Positions 1 through 12,600 of a DNA stretch of 64,000 nucleotides are shown one piece after another (within the stretch, counting starts at the first letter, position 1; each line of letters starts with the position of its first letter). The stretch lies in the NCBI GenBank assembly GCA_965178125.1, contig OZ237768.1, positions 434,001 to 498,000 of the forward strand, read 5' to 3'. The position numbers were made by a program, and so were the translations under genes. A model generated the notes under the pieces. That model did not search any database. It saw nothing but the letters and a program-made list of their open reading frames with translations, and was not told the DNA's origin. This DNA comes from Bilabrum cf. latius (lineage: Eukaryota).

Positions 1-3000
1 TGCCGATGTTGCCCCGGATGATGGTGTTGGGCCGGAGCGTGGTGGGCTGCCCGTTCTCGTCGGGAAACTCGTACACCTGCCTGTCCCAGCTGTTAAATAC
101 TGCGAAGACCATGCAGCAAATTGGGTGGTACACACGACGAACGATTGTAACCATGGCTTGGTTGGGGTCCATAGTGTGCTCATGGTAGGCCTGTTCGGCA
201 TCCACCACGCAACGATGCTGGTGTAGCGAGACGAGATAGCTGTGCAGCTCTGCTAAAGAAAGCCTCCTATTGACTCTGATCGCAACAAAGCTCATTTCTC
301 TGTTGCATCACACTCACGCGCGTGGTCGCCGCTCTCCCTGCATGAGTTCCACAGCACATTGGACTCGATGAGGTCGCCGCCCACACCGCCATCCTGCGAG
401 AGCAAAGGTAGGTCAAGGGAACACACGTACAAAGGATTTAAGTACTGCATGCAGGCAATGAAAACATGCCGTGCGAGGTGGAGGCAACGTGAAGTCAGCA
501 TATCTTGCTGTGGCATTGCCGCCAGCTCACGTTCTAATTAATGTGCGCGCGAGGACCGTTGTAGACAATGTTGCGGGTGTACTTGTTGTGTCCAGCCTTG
601 GCATAGAAAATGGCGCTGCTCTGCTTCTCGTGCACCCCGAATTCCTTGAAGAGGCACTGGTCGATCGTGGTGTTCATGGGAATGTCCAGAGACATGAGGC
701 TGGGGCCGAAGCCCGGAGCGCCCGCTGGCGCGCCCTCGCCGTTGCCCCACAGTGCGATGCACGTATCGCCGTTCCACTCGAACTGCGACTTGGTGATGGA
801 GGCGTCCCTGTTGTACGCAGAGAGCAGCAGGGCATTGCCGTCGAGGCGGGTGAACATGCACGAGTCGATGGTAAGGCCCTCGGTACCCTCTACCTGCACC
901 GCTGCAGTGCGCTGCAGTCCCCAGTCTCCGCCGGATGGCATGCTATGGGGGTCCATGTACGTGTAGGCGGTGTCCCGGAAAGTGACCCCGCGGAAGGTGA
1001 CGTCCCTGACGGGGTAGTTCTTGGAGCCAGCGATGTCAATGAGCACTTTGTTGGTGGGCGCAGCGAGGCTGGGCAGCTCGCCTTCTGCCTGCCCCTTGGA
1101 AGAAGGCGGCGCCCCCGTCCCGTTGTGCCAGAGGTATAGCGCGCGCTCGTCGGTGTCATAGAAGAACTCATCGGGGTAGTCCAGCTCCTCGAACACGTTC
1201 TCGATGAAAAATACGTCCCCCGTGTTGGCACCTCTGCAAGGGAGGGGTCGGAAGGAGAACGGGGCAAGCGACGGAGGGTACGGGCACGGCAATCTGGCAA
1301 GGGACAGAGGGTACGAGAAGGCGATCTGGCAAGGAACCCATGTCCAAACCTAGGCATAATCAGCAAGGCAGCACAGTATTCGGACGCAACTCCTTCATCC
1401 AATGGGAAATTTAGACGAGCATCAGTCACGTCTGCAAGGCCTCAGACAGAAGCACCCTGCCAGGCATACCAGCAATCTCACCGAGCACCCTGGAAGAACC
1501 CGTAGTCCACCCAAAATGTGTTGTTGTCAGGGTCGTAGCGGCTCAGCTCGCCCATCCAAGAGGACCAGTGGCCGGGCCTGCGAGGGAGGAAACCAATCAT
1601 AGAGGCAAGACCACGGGCGATGCAAACACGGGCAGACCCGGTGTTTGTAGGCGTGATCGCCAGGGAGCAGCAGTTGGGGCACTCTGACAGAGAGGACGGG
1701 TGAAAAGCAAATGTCCGTCTCCCACGGAGCTATGCAGATACACATGTTCCCTCTTCTTCTCTTACCTCCAGGTCTGGATGATCCCACCCTTGGTCGTCTT
1801 GTACGGCTGGTGGGGCAGGATGCTCGTGTCTGCCTGGAAACCCGCTGGCACCCGGTAGGTGAATGCACCGCCGCCGCTGCAATGGAGGAAGGGGCACACG
1901 GGGCATGGCACGAGAAGATGTTATATATAAACTGTCCCGCGCAAAATGGCCCCTTCGAGGGGCACGGGCAGCTGCGGTAGCCAAGTCGCCAATCAATATT
2001 CAAGCCCCACAAAATCACGAATATCACGTTACTCACGCAGTGTCGTTGTTGCACCAGTACCCCGCAGCGGGAGTGAAACGTTCGCACACGCCGCCCACGC
2101 CGAGCTTGTACGTCGAGAACATGCCTGAGTTGTTGCGGAACGGGGTCGATGGGGCGAATTGGATGTCGGGGTTCTTGGGAGTCTCCGGTGCCAGCCATGT
2201 CTTGGTGGTCAGGAGGGAACCGAAGCCCAGGCGCTCCGGACTCGGGTTGTTGGGGTATCTCGCGCGGACTGCCCTGGCACCAGAGAGACGGATTCCCATG
2301 ATGCCGTTGGGGAGGATGGTCTCGGTCGAGATGCTGGCTTTCCAGATGTTGGCCGGAGGGGGCGGGGGCGGGGGCGGCAGGTAGCGCCCGCTGGTCTGTC
2401 CGTATTCTTGCACGGGCTTCCAGGTGTTGTCCGTGCGGAAATAGCAGTCGCCTCCGTTGTGGTAGGTCCAGATGGTGCACGCAATCCCGCCGTCCTTCTG
2501 CGCCTTGGTGTAGTTTGCCTGGCAGGCTGCCTCGCAGTCGCCGGCGGAGCCCATGTGGCCCTGGTTGGAGGTGGCGTTGGGTGCGGCGTATTGCATTGCA
2601 TCGGTGTCGGGCGATTCCACCCACTGGCCGCCGGCGCCCCACGCGGGTTCGGCATAGAGCTCAGGGTGCTTCTCGGCGTAGTATGCGGCAGCGGCGCTCG
2701 AGACGTTGTACTCGCTCCAATCAACAGACAGCGGCGCGGCTCCCGCAATATCGGCTTCTTCTCCGTTGTAGTTCTGCACCGTCAGGCCTGAATCTTCCTG
2801 GGTGAGTGACAGGGCCTGGGGAAGGTAGTAGTAGCCCTCGCGCAGCACGACCGTCCGCGGGTTGCCGACCCCGGCAGAGCGGCTTAGCTCCACGGCGTGG
2901 TGCAACGACTTCACAGGAGAATCTAGCGTTCCCTTGTTGCTGTCGCTGCCATGCTTGGCGTCTGCATAGATCGTGACGGTGCTATCGGAAGGAAGGCTGA

Positions 3001-3428
3001 ACCGCGGCGCCCCGGTGTTCTTGTTGATTGCCGAGGGAGGCTTCGCCGTGCACCCGACAGGCTTTTCAGGAGTTCCATTAAGGGCATCAGCCATCTCTTG
3101 AAGCTGCTGCTGGGTAAGATGCGGCTGCACGGCCAGTGCGCGCTCCAAGATTAGCTGCGAAATTGCAACGAGCCGAAGAGCACAACGATATCAGATGTAG
3201 CAGCTCCCGCTTCATTAAACATATTACTTGAATACATGCTACGCAGTCTGTCACATACGAATCAAGTGCGCATGCACGAACACAAGCACGGCAACAGCAT
3301 GAGCAAGGATCGTAGCCAGTAACATGCCTTACATCCCTGAATGAGCAGTCAAACGCGTCCTGGGTGGCATCAGCCATAGCATACTGAACAGCAGCTCCAG
3401 CTGCTAGTAATGCGAACAAGCTACGCAT
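1..3428 (-). CDS. Multi-exon secreted protein with PAN/apple-like and right-handed beta-helix (pectin lyase-like) domains; 3' end runs off the window
   Basis: Signal peptide MRSLFALLAAGAAVQYAMA; GT..AG intron at 3155-3332; motif YADAKHGSDSNKGTLDSPVKSLHHAV; apple-like CEAACQ..CTIWTY..CYFR; beta-helix segments FFIENVFEELDYPDEFFYD and VTFRGVTFRDTAYTYM. Internal exon limits only partly resolved. Confidence 0.8.
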
Positions 3429-3629
3429 GATGTAAGTCTGCGCACTTCACGACGTCGACCGACTGGAAGCGGAGCGACAATCCGGCGAGACAAATTATTG
3501 ATGCCGTCTCACGGCAAGCCACTACGCCACGCTAGGCCCTCTTAAACAAAGTTCAATCGAACAGCCATGTACTATCAGTATATAAATACCTTGGGCACAA
3601 CTCACTACCATGACAAAGTCTCCCAACAA

Positions 3630-6600
3630 TCACAGATACCTCCGCCTGGGCAACTTCTTCTTCGCCGAGGGTTGCGCCACCAAGGGCTCCTTTTTGCCCT
3701 TGACCCCGAACGCCGACGCAGAACGATCCACAGTACCGTTCCCTCCAGCACGCGACCCATCCAGAGGTCTGGCACCCGTACCAGCAGCTTCAACGGTTTT
3801 CCTATTGGGCGATCGCGAGCGCGTCACCTCTGGCATCGCAGCGGCGCCCCACACCTCGCCCGCTTCGGACTGCTCCGCAATCTCCGCCCCCCTGAGCAGA
3901 ACATCGGCGCCCTCACCCGGCCCCGGCGGAAACCGCCCCTCCTGCCCCCGCAACAGACCAACACTCTCCAGCAGCTCACCCTCAAGACCTCCCGACGCCC
4001 TCGCGCAACCGGCCGGCCCGGGACCGCCACTCCCGGACGCACGCGCACTCGTCACACCTTGAACAGCAGGGGCATGCGAGGGCAGCCGCATCACGGGCCC
4101 CCTGCTCCCAGCCACCGCTTGTTCCCTGGCCACCGACTGCCTCCTGCCCTGCAGCATGGCACCCAGGGCACCCTGGCCTCGCCGGGCCGCCATCGCCCGG
4201 ACCCTGCCCTGCCGTTGACCCCTGGGGGTGCCCCCCCGCAGTGGGGTCGCTGGCCCCAAGGCGAACCCAGCCAGATCATCGACATCCTGACTTGCATCAC
4301 CGTGCGCTGCACCCTCCTTCGATTCATTTCGGGCCCTCTCGCCAGCAAATGCAGGTCGTTGCTAGATCTAGTCGGGCAGCCCCACTACAGTGGCTTGCCC
4401 TCGCCGATCGTCCCGCCCCCCTGCATCTCTTCCAGCTCCCCTCTGGGCTTCCTGAGATGAGCCAGACCTCGCTGCAACACCACCATGCAGTGCACCCACC
4501 GCAACACGGAGCGCACGTGGCTGACCACCCCCCGTGGTAGCACCACCATGCAGTGCACCCACCGCACCGCCCTGCGCTCTCGGTGCGTTCCCTGTCTCTA
4601 GGGAAGGCAGGTGCCACGGGCTCCCTGCCCCCGAGCCCCTGGTCACCGGTCGGCCGACACCTCCCCGAGCTTCCTGCTGAGGACTGGTACCGGTGCCACC
4701 ATGCTGGGCCGGGCCACCACTGCCAGTACCAGCTGCGCGATGCCCAGATAGAGACTGACGCGCCTTGCTAGATATCTTCGACTCGCTGCTTGCCGTGCCC
4801 GGCCTCAAGTGCCCTCGGGAGGGCGGCAGCCCCGCCTGCAACCTGAATGAACCTTCGTGCAATGCATCCTCGCTCCTAGCGCGAGTCCTATGGGGGGGCA
4901 CCGCACTCGTCACACCGGAACCGCTCGCGAGCGCGGAGTGTGGCCTGGATTTCGTCACCACTGGCATGGCGTCGGATAGGCCGTGTGTATCACCTGGAGC
5001 TGGTGCTGCCGGGGGCTGGGACGTGCTGACCGACATCTGCCTCAGGTTGATCTCCTCCTCGGTTGGATCCACTCGAGGTGGAAGAACCTCGCGTGGCAGA
5101 GGCGGGTGTTGGTCTTCTTCCTCTTCCTGATGTGGTGTCTGGTCACCCGACTCGCCGTGAGAATCCTGACCGCGGCCATGTGTCGCGTGCTTGTCAGCAT
5201 CGTCAGCTGCCCTCTTGCCGTCTGCAGGCGCCGGGGCATAATTAGTGGCCAGCATACCCCTCTGCCCATGCGAAGCATCATGAACTGCACCTCCAACGGA
5301 TTGACCTAGCTCGGACCGGAGCTGGGCTGCAGATGCGGCTGCGGCCATTGTCGCCGCAGCCTGCGCCCGCTCCTGCGCGCTCCTGCCGGGGTGCTCGAAC
5401 ATGGGAGCGACGGGCCGGACGGGCTACATTGCCATGCTGGTGGTTGCAGATGGCTACTTTGACTTGCTCAGTGGGCGGCCTGGTAGTCTGTGGTTCCCGT
5501 GTCCCGGTTGTGCGGCAGGGGCTGCTGGATGTCGACGGGCTGCTGTGTTGGCCCCGGCTTCGCATGGCGGTCCACCTGCATGTGTCTCGCCGCTCTACAC
5601 AGGCGCGTGCGGCCGGTTACTCCCTCTGCTGTGGAGTCTGACATCAGCAGCATGATCCGATCCCACTGACGGCGCAGCCCCTTCCGATCCGGCAGCAGGA
5701 CCAGGCTGCGGCATCGTCTATCTGGGCGGCGCAACTTCGCTATATTGCTCGGCTTTTGTCCCGACGGGCTGAAGTTCATGCTCAATGGAGGACACATCAT
5801 GCATCTGGTGCGTAGTCTCCGCGGTATGGGCTGCAGTCGAGTTGACCACAGGGGCAAGCATACCGACCGTCTGCCCATGCAACCGGTCGCGCTGCTGCAA
5901 CTGTTGCTGCTGCTGCTGCTGCTGCTGCTACTACTATAGATGCGCCATTTCTCGTGCCATCTCCGACTGCCTCCTGGCTCTCCTGGGAATGATCACGGGG
6001 CCAAGATCCACCACACTAGGTCTGGGCCTGACCAGGAGCCTTGAACCACTCGTCACACCTCTTGAAACACTCGTCAGACCACGGGACAAGGGCACTACGC
6101 CGGATTCTTGAGAAGGTTCCTGCGATGAACCGAGTCCAAGGTGCATTTGGCGGCTTGCCCTCCCCACCGAGCCACGGCTCGCGAAGGACGGGTCCGAGGA
6201 TGGTAGCACCACCGGGTCCGGCGGGGTCTTCCCTCGGATGGCCCGCAGCCTCGCCTGCTTGCGACTGGCCCTAGCCGCCTCCATCGCCTCCTCGTCTTCG
6301 GCGGTGCCCGGCACCGGCATCAGCGCGAAGTCCTCCGGCGACTTGCGACCAGCAGCGCCGCTTGCGACGGACGACCCGCCCATGCTGCTGCCCAGAGACC
6401 CGATCGAGGCCTCGTTGGATATCCCCACGGGAGGTGCGCCGGGCCGGTGCCTCTGCACAGGTGTCCTGCCAGTATCATGGAAACCGTGCCGTTTCATAGC
6501 GGTCGGGAGGGAATAACGGGAGTGCTGGCCCGGCTGGCTTCGATCAACGCCTCCGGGATCCGACATCCCGGGATCGAACCCCCCCTTGATGCGCCCGTCC

Positions 6601-9600
6601 AGCCCACCAAAATCAGAAGGGGCCCCACCCTTGCTGGATCGCATGGGGGTGGCCAGATCAGAAGGGGCCCCACCCTTGCTGGATCGCATGGGAGAGGTCA
6701 GCGCGCCTCTCACGGCGCCCCTGGGCCCCTCGCTGAACGCCTGCGACGACGTGCCTATCGGTGACAGCTCCCTCCGACGCACCACGTCTCCGAAGGCAGC
6801 CTTCGGCGATGCCAGGACGGCTTGCGCGTACGTCTCCTGGAGGAGGCGCTGTTGTTCCCTGGCGGCCCGGGCCAGCTTCTGTTTCACTGATAGCGGGCCG
6901 TGGGCACTGCTGCCGCCCCCGGGGCTCGACCGCACGGCATTAGAGCCGTTCAGTTTCCGATGCTCCTCGATCCTGCCCAGCGGCGCGACCGCACTCGGCG
7001 ACGCTCCAGCAGTGCTAAAGCTCTGCACGGTCGCAGATGCCCTGGCAAGGGATCCCATCGGGCTGGCCCTGCCGAGAAACGAGGGGCCGGGTGGAAGCGG
7101 GCTGCCGGCCCTGCCCACCGAGGCACGGCTGCCATCCACCGGTGGATTGACACCCAGCAGGCCCTCCTGGCTGCCTTGCGCGGCGCCCACCATGCTGCGG
7201 AACTGCTTGGACATGTTGCTACCCGAGATGCTGTAGTGCAGCCCACGAGCAGTCACCAGGTCCTCCTCGCCGATTCGGAGCTAGAAATCAGAGCCACGCC
7301 CAGCGCGGGCGCCCTCGCGGCTCGCCCCTCCAAACTCGTGCTAGTCCACGTCATCGAATCCGGCCACCAGGTGCTTCCGAGCCATCTTGGAGGCACCCGA
7401 AAGTGCCCGATCGATCGACTTCTTCACGTTCTTGGGAAGCGTGGTCCGTCGCTTGAACTGGATGGCTTGCTACAGCTTGCCTCGCCTCTTGATGAGGACG
7501 GGTCCGTCATCCCGAGGCCGCAGCAGGCTGCCAGCGGAGGCGCTGCTGGCCAGAGACGAGGCCTCGGGGCCGTTCGCCCTCGAAGTCGCGCTCGAAACAC
7601 CGAGGCTGGTCCGACGGGTGGTCATTGTACCACCATGCCCTTGCGACACAGGGGCAGCGACAGGGTCTTTATCATCATAGCTTGGCTCGAAATCGGTGAA
7701 GGCCTCTTTCACGATCGCGTTCCACTCTGCCAGCCTAGCCCGTTCCACCAGCTCCCGCTGCAGTGAGTCCTCGTCTTCAAGGCGCATCCTCCACAGCTCG
7801 TCGTTCTGGCGCGCGATCTCTCCGAGCTTGAGCTGCATGCGCTCGTACCCCCGCGTGGCAGCATGACGGGCGGCCTTGCTGTAGATGCCTTTCCAGTACT
7901 CGATCGCTTTGTTCTCTTCCGAGTCCTTCTCGGCCTGCCTCATGGCCTCTAGCCTCGCCTCTTCGGCTTCTTTTGCCCTGCGGATTGCAGCGAGTCGTTC
8001 CACCTCGGCGCGTTGCGCCTTAGTCAGCCCGTCGGGGTCGTTCGCGCGCTCCTCGGCCAACCGCCTGTCTCGCTCGATCTGGGCCCTTACCCTGGCTTCA
8101 AGCTCTGCCTGCTCCCTGCTCTTCTGCCTCTAGATCTCTGCTTTTCTCTTCCGTTCTTCCTCTCTGCGCCTCTCCTCTTCTGCCTTGCGGCTGCTCTCCT
8201 GCTCCTCCGTGTCGTCAACCTCGGGTGGTGCATCCTCATCCACAATCATCATCTTCTGCTTGAGGGACTGGTGATTGGACAAGCGCGCCTTCTTCGAAGC
8301 ATCGTCTTGTGCTGGACCGGGCTTGGAGGGCTTGGAGCTTGCAGCATCAGTGATGTCGTCTGGGCCTGGCCTTGCGTGTGCATGTACATCGTCATGTGCC
8401 ACCTCAGGTGCGTCCGGGGGTGGTTGCTCACCCTCACCCTCACCCTCAGCTGGTGCATCAACCAGCCCGGGTCCATCTCTACGGGCATCTCTTGCTGCAG
8501 AGCCAGGCCTCGAATTCTATGCTGAGATAGCCTGATCTGCAAGCACCATCTCCGGTTCTGGCTCCGGCTCTGGCTCTGGCTTCGATTCTGGCTCCGGCTC
8601 TGGCTTCGATACTGGCTCCGGTTCTGGCTTCGATTCTGGCTCCGGATCAGAGTCCGGCATGGCCAGCATGGCAGCCACCGCCGCCACCCGCCACTTGCCC
8701 AAGCTCGAGGCTCCCGCAAGCGCGTTTGATAGCCCTTGCATTGCCTCTTTGCCGAAGAAAATCTCGCCCTCTAGCCCATGAGCCACACAACGTCGAGTTT
8801 CTGCCGAAATACACAAGGCCAGGCCTGGCAAATGCGTGCCAGACTCGGAGTCAGAACCGGGGTTAGTCTTGGATAGACCACCACTCCCAGTTGCAGACGT
8901 CCCACCGGCCGATCCTTCAGCACTCAAGCCATTCCCAAGCACAACGCCAGCCACTGTGCCGCTTCCTGATGCACCATCCTAGGATTCATCAAAACTCGGA
9001 GTTGCTGGCACTTGCTCCTGCAAGGATTTTGGGACTCGGTCTGGCAGGCCGTCGAGAGCAATTCCTTTCACGCAGCCGAGCAGCTTCTGCGACCATTCAG
9101 GCGCAACGCAACCTCCTTCCAGTGTACACTGCAGCGCCCTAGGAATCTTTGACAACTGCTCTTTGGACTCGCGCACCTCCTCCGGAGGCAACGGGTCCGT
9201 TTCGTGGGGTCTCCTATCGCCGCTGCTGTCGGTGCCCCGTGACTTAGAGGCTGAGATCATCTTCTTCTTTTTAGCGCTTTTCTTTGTCTTCCTCTTCCCG
9301 GGTTTGCTGCTCTGTCCTTTGTCCGCCGCTCCCTTGCTGCTGGCCCTTGCAATTAGCTCAGCTGCAGCCTTTGGCAAAGGAATGCTCGTGAACCTCCGCA
9401 GCAGTTCAAACCCCCGCAGCGACGCAACCAGCGCGTACTGCCCCCGAAGCCTCAGAAGCTCAAGAGCGAGTCGGGACCTCAGGTGCCAACGCCTAAGCCC
9501 AGAGCGCTCCCTGGCCTGGTACCACCTCCTGAAGGCGTCCCACCGCCGGAGGGCGACTCGAGCCGCGCGCGTGCGTGCTGCGCCTGCACCCTGCTGCGCG

Positions 9601-12600
9601 AAGCCACGGCTTCGCGCCAGGCTCGTTTTTTGGGTCCCTGCTCTCGTTTGTGATGATGCCATCATTCTCCTCTTTTCGTTGCGGGTCACCTGCGCCCTCG
9701 GGAGAAGTTTCCCGACCTCCTCTGTCATCGCCGACAACAGCAGCCCTGTAGACCTAGCGGCGTCCGGTCCGCTCTCATTTCCAGCAGATGAACCCGCACC
9801 GCTTGACGGTCCTTCAGCAGAACCAGAACCAGAACCAGAACCGGGACCAGGACCAGACCCGCCCTCGACTGCAGTCACCTGCAGCATCCTGACCTCCCAG
9901 AGCGGGTCACCCTCCTCTACCTCGGCTGGGACGAACCTTTGAGGATCCACGATCAGACGGGCAGTCACACCGCCATGAACCTGTGCCTGTGGATCCCGTC
10001 GGGCCTGCTCCAGTGCATCTCTCACCCCATCGAATTCCGCCGCAGCCACCAGTTCCCGGGAGAGAAACACCGCCCTAACTGGGTTCTCCGTCGATGCCCA
10101 CCAGCGAGTGAACGCTGCTAGTCGAGACAGGAGAGCTCCGTGGGCATCGCCAGCAGGCTTGTCCCTGCCGTCCTCGCGGTTTGGGGCAGGCAGTGAAGAA
10201 GCAGCCGCATGGATATCGTCCTCCACGGTGACGAGTGCGTCAGGCACCGCAGAGCATAGCACGGCCGGCAGCTCGGTTGCATGGGCAGCTGTAGCTGCAG
10301 CTTCTTCGGCGCACTCGCTCCCGAAGCAGACTGGCGGCTGGTGCTCCAAGCCGAGGCACTCAAGCACGCGTGCAATGGGCACCCCTTGTACCTTGATCGC
10401 AATCGCACCGAGCTCTTCGGCAAGTCCTGTGGAGCTGCCAGTGCCAGCAGCGGGGCAATAGGACCGGGGTGCCCCCTCCTCCTGACCTTCAGCTGCCCAT
10501 TCACCCGCGCCGCGACCCTATCGGATAAACTCCACGTCGTCCGGATTCGTCTGTGACAGCTGTAGGTGCGGCCCAAGCTGCACCGCATCCAAACACGGGG
10601 GCTTGTCGACTGCCCCTTTAGACTCCGAATCCATCGCAATCGTCATCCGCATCAGTGCCTCTGTGTCGCTGGGCCCCGGCAGCGCAACCCCCGCCCGACT
10701 CGCTTCCTTTCTGACCATCCCGTCACATGCAGCCGCCATTATCTCAGTGGCTCTATCGAGAGGATACATGGCAGACCATGCCACGCCCCTGAAGTGGTAC
10801 TACAAGGCGTCTTGGCCCGCCTTTGCCCTTTGTTTCTTCCACCGCTTGATCTTGATGATGAGCCTAAGGAGGACTTTGTACGCGACTGCCTCTCTCTTCT
10901 CCTCTAGCAGCACATCTTTGCTCTTCTTGTCCTTGACGAAAAAGGACGCGAATGCGTTGAAATGCGATATTGCGCGTAGCTATGGCTTAGCCCGGGCAGA
11001 TTTTCCTGCGCCATTTGGTCCAGACTCTCCCAAATCACCTGCCCTCCGAGGCTGGTATGACACTGGTCTGTTGGCGATGTGCTGCTGGCCCTGGGGTAGC
11101 AGCACCTCACCGGCTGTGGATGACCTCCCACTGGTCGCTCTAGACGGCGGAGACTCGGCTGAGGCCGGCACTGCATGTGGCCGGTCTGATACGCTGTCAT
11201 CCAGGCGGCTCGCGACACTGCTGGGCATCCTGCTTCTGGGCGTTCGGGACCGCAGTGGAGGCGACAGGCTGGACATTTCCTGCGGCGCTTCCTCCTGCTG
11301 TGTCCGCGCCATGGTTGGTCTGCTCTCCGCCCGTCTCATCATGCGATGGTCAGAGCTGGCGTCCAAAGTGGCGGGAAGGCCGGACTCGGAGCGGCGGAAA
11401 GGGGGCGGGAGTTGGGGCGCATCACCATCGCCATTGCTGCCTGCGCTCGTCGATGAGGTCCCGCCGGATGGGCCGTCGCCTCTGTTCGAAGAGGAACCCT
11501 GGTCCTACTGCGAATCCATCAATTTCTTTACCTTGCCGAAATCGGATCTAGATCGCCGTATCCTGTGCGTTGGGTGCATCGAGGCAGCAACAGCAGCCGG
11601 AGGGGTAGGGGTGCCCGGTGTCTCGCTCTGCTCTCGATGCAATTCGGCGTCCGTTGACTGGTTCTCGTGCTTCTATTGGTCCGCTGTGTTCGTGGCATCA
11701 CTGCTGTCTACGGATCCAGAAGGCATTGAATCTCCAGCTGCTGCAGGTGAAGAGGATACGGGTGCGCCCTCGGCCATTTTGGGTAGATTTGACTGAGCGG
11801 GACTAGCTACGATACCGTCTTTGCCTGGTGCAGTTTCGTCTGCACCCGCACGCCAAGCCGCGACTTCCGCTGGTTGGTGACTCGGATCAAAATGACCCGC
11901 GACAGGTATGCTTTCGCTTCCTTTGCGTAGCCCTGCCTGCTGCGCTTCCTGCAGTTGTTCCTTGCCTACAGGCGCACTGACAACTGGACCATCCTCTACC
12001 TTCTAGCTGGAGATGGGGCCAGCAGTAGGGTTCCTTTCCGCGAGCGAGGCACCGGAACCGTCAACGTTGCCCGCCTTCACTTTCGCGCCGTCTTCATCTT
12101 CAGCCTTTGGCTGCGCACCAATGCCGCCGGGGTCACCAACGCTGCTTCGATCGCTACCCCTCACGCCCTCCCCAGAGTCTGCGGAACTGCTGGTTGCGGC
12201 TACCTCCCAGCCCGAGACCGGTTCATCCGATGCAGGCTCGTGGTACATAGGCTAGCCTTCGCTACCTTTCGAAGCGTATGAGTGGTCTGCGCCAGCATCC
12301 CGACCTGTTGCTTCACTGGTCCCTCCTGGGGGCTCTGACGGCGGCTCTGTTGGCGCAGTCCCAGCGGATTCTGCAGGCCTCTAGTTGTCATCGTGTGCAT
12401 GTGATTCGGTTGTTGTGTCGCTGCCAGCCTCTGCAAGCGGTCTGCCCTCAAGCATGCCTGTTGTCCCGCTGACAGGCCCAGCGTCTGTCGCAGCCTTCAA
12501 CAACTCGGTTCCTTTGGCTGGAGCTGCATCTAAATCTCGCGACTGGCCGATGGGTCCCTGCTCATCGATTGCTTTTTCATCGAGGCCACCAGAGCTTCCG

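Noticed and set aside
8550-8650. EPEPES-coding and other short tandem repeats in the giant ORF
   Set aside because: Ordinary low-complexity coding repeats
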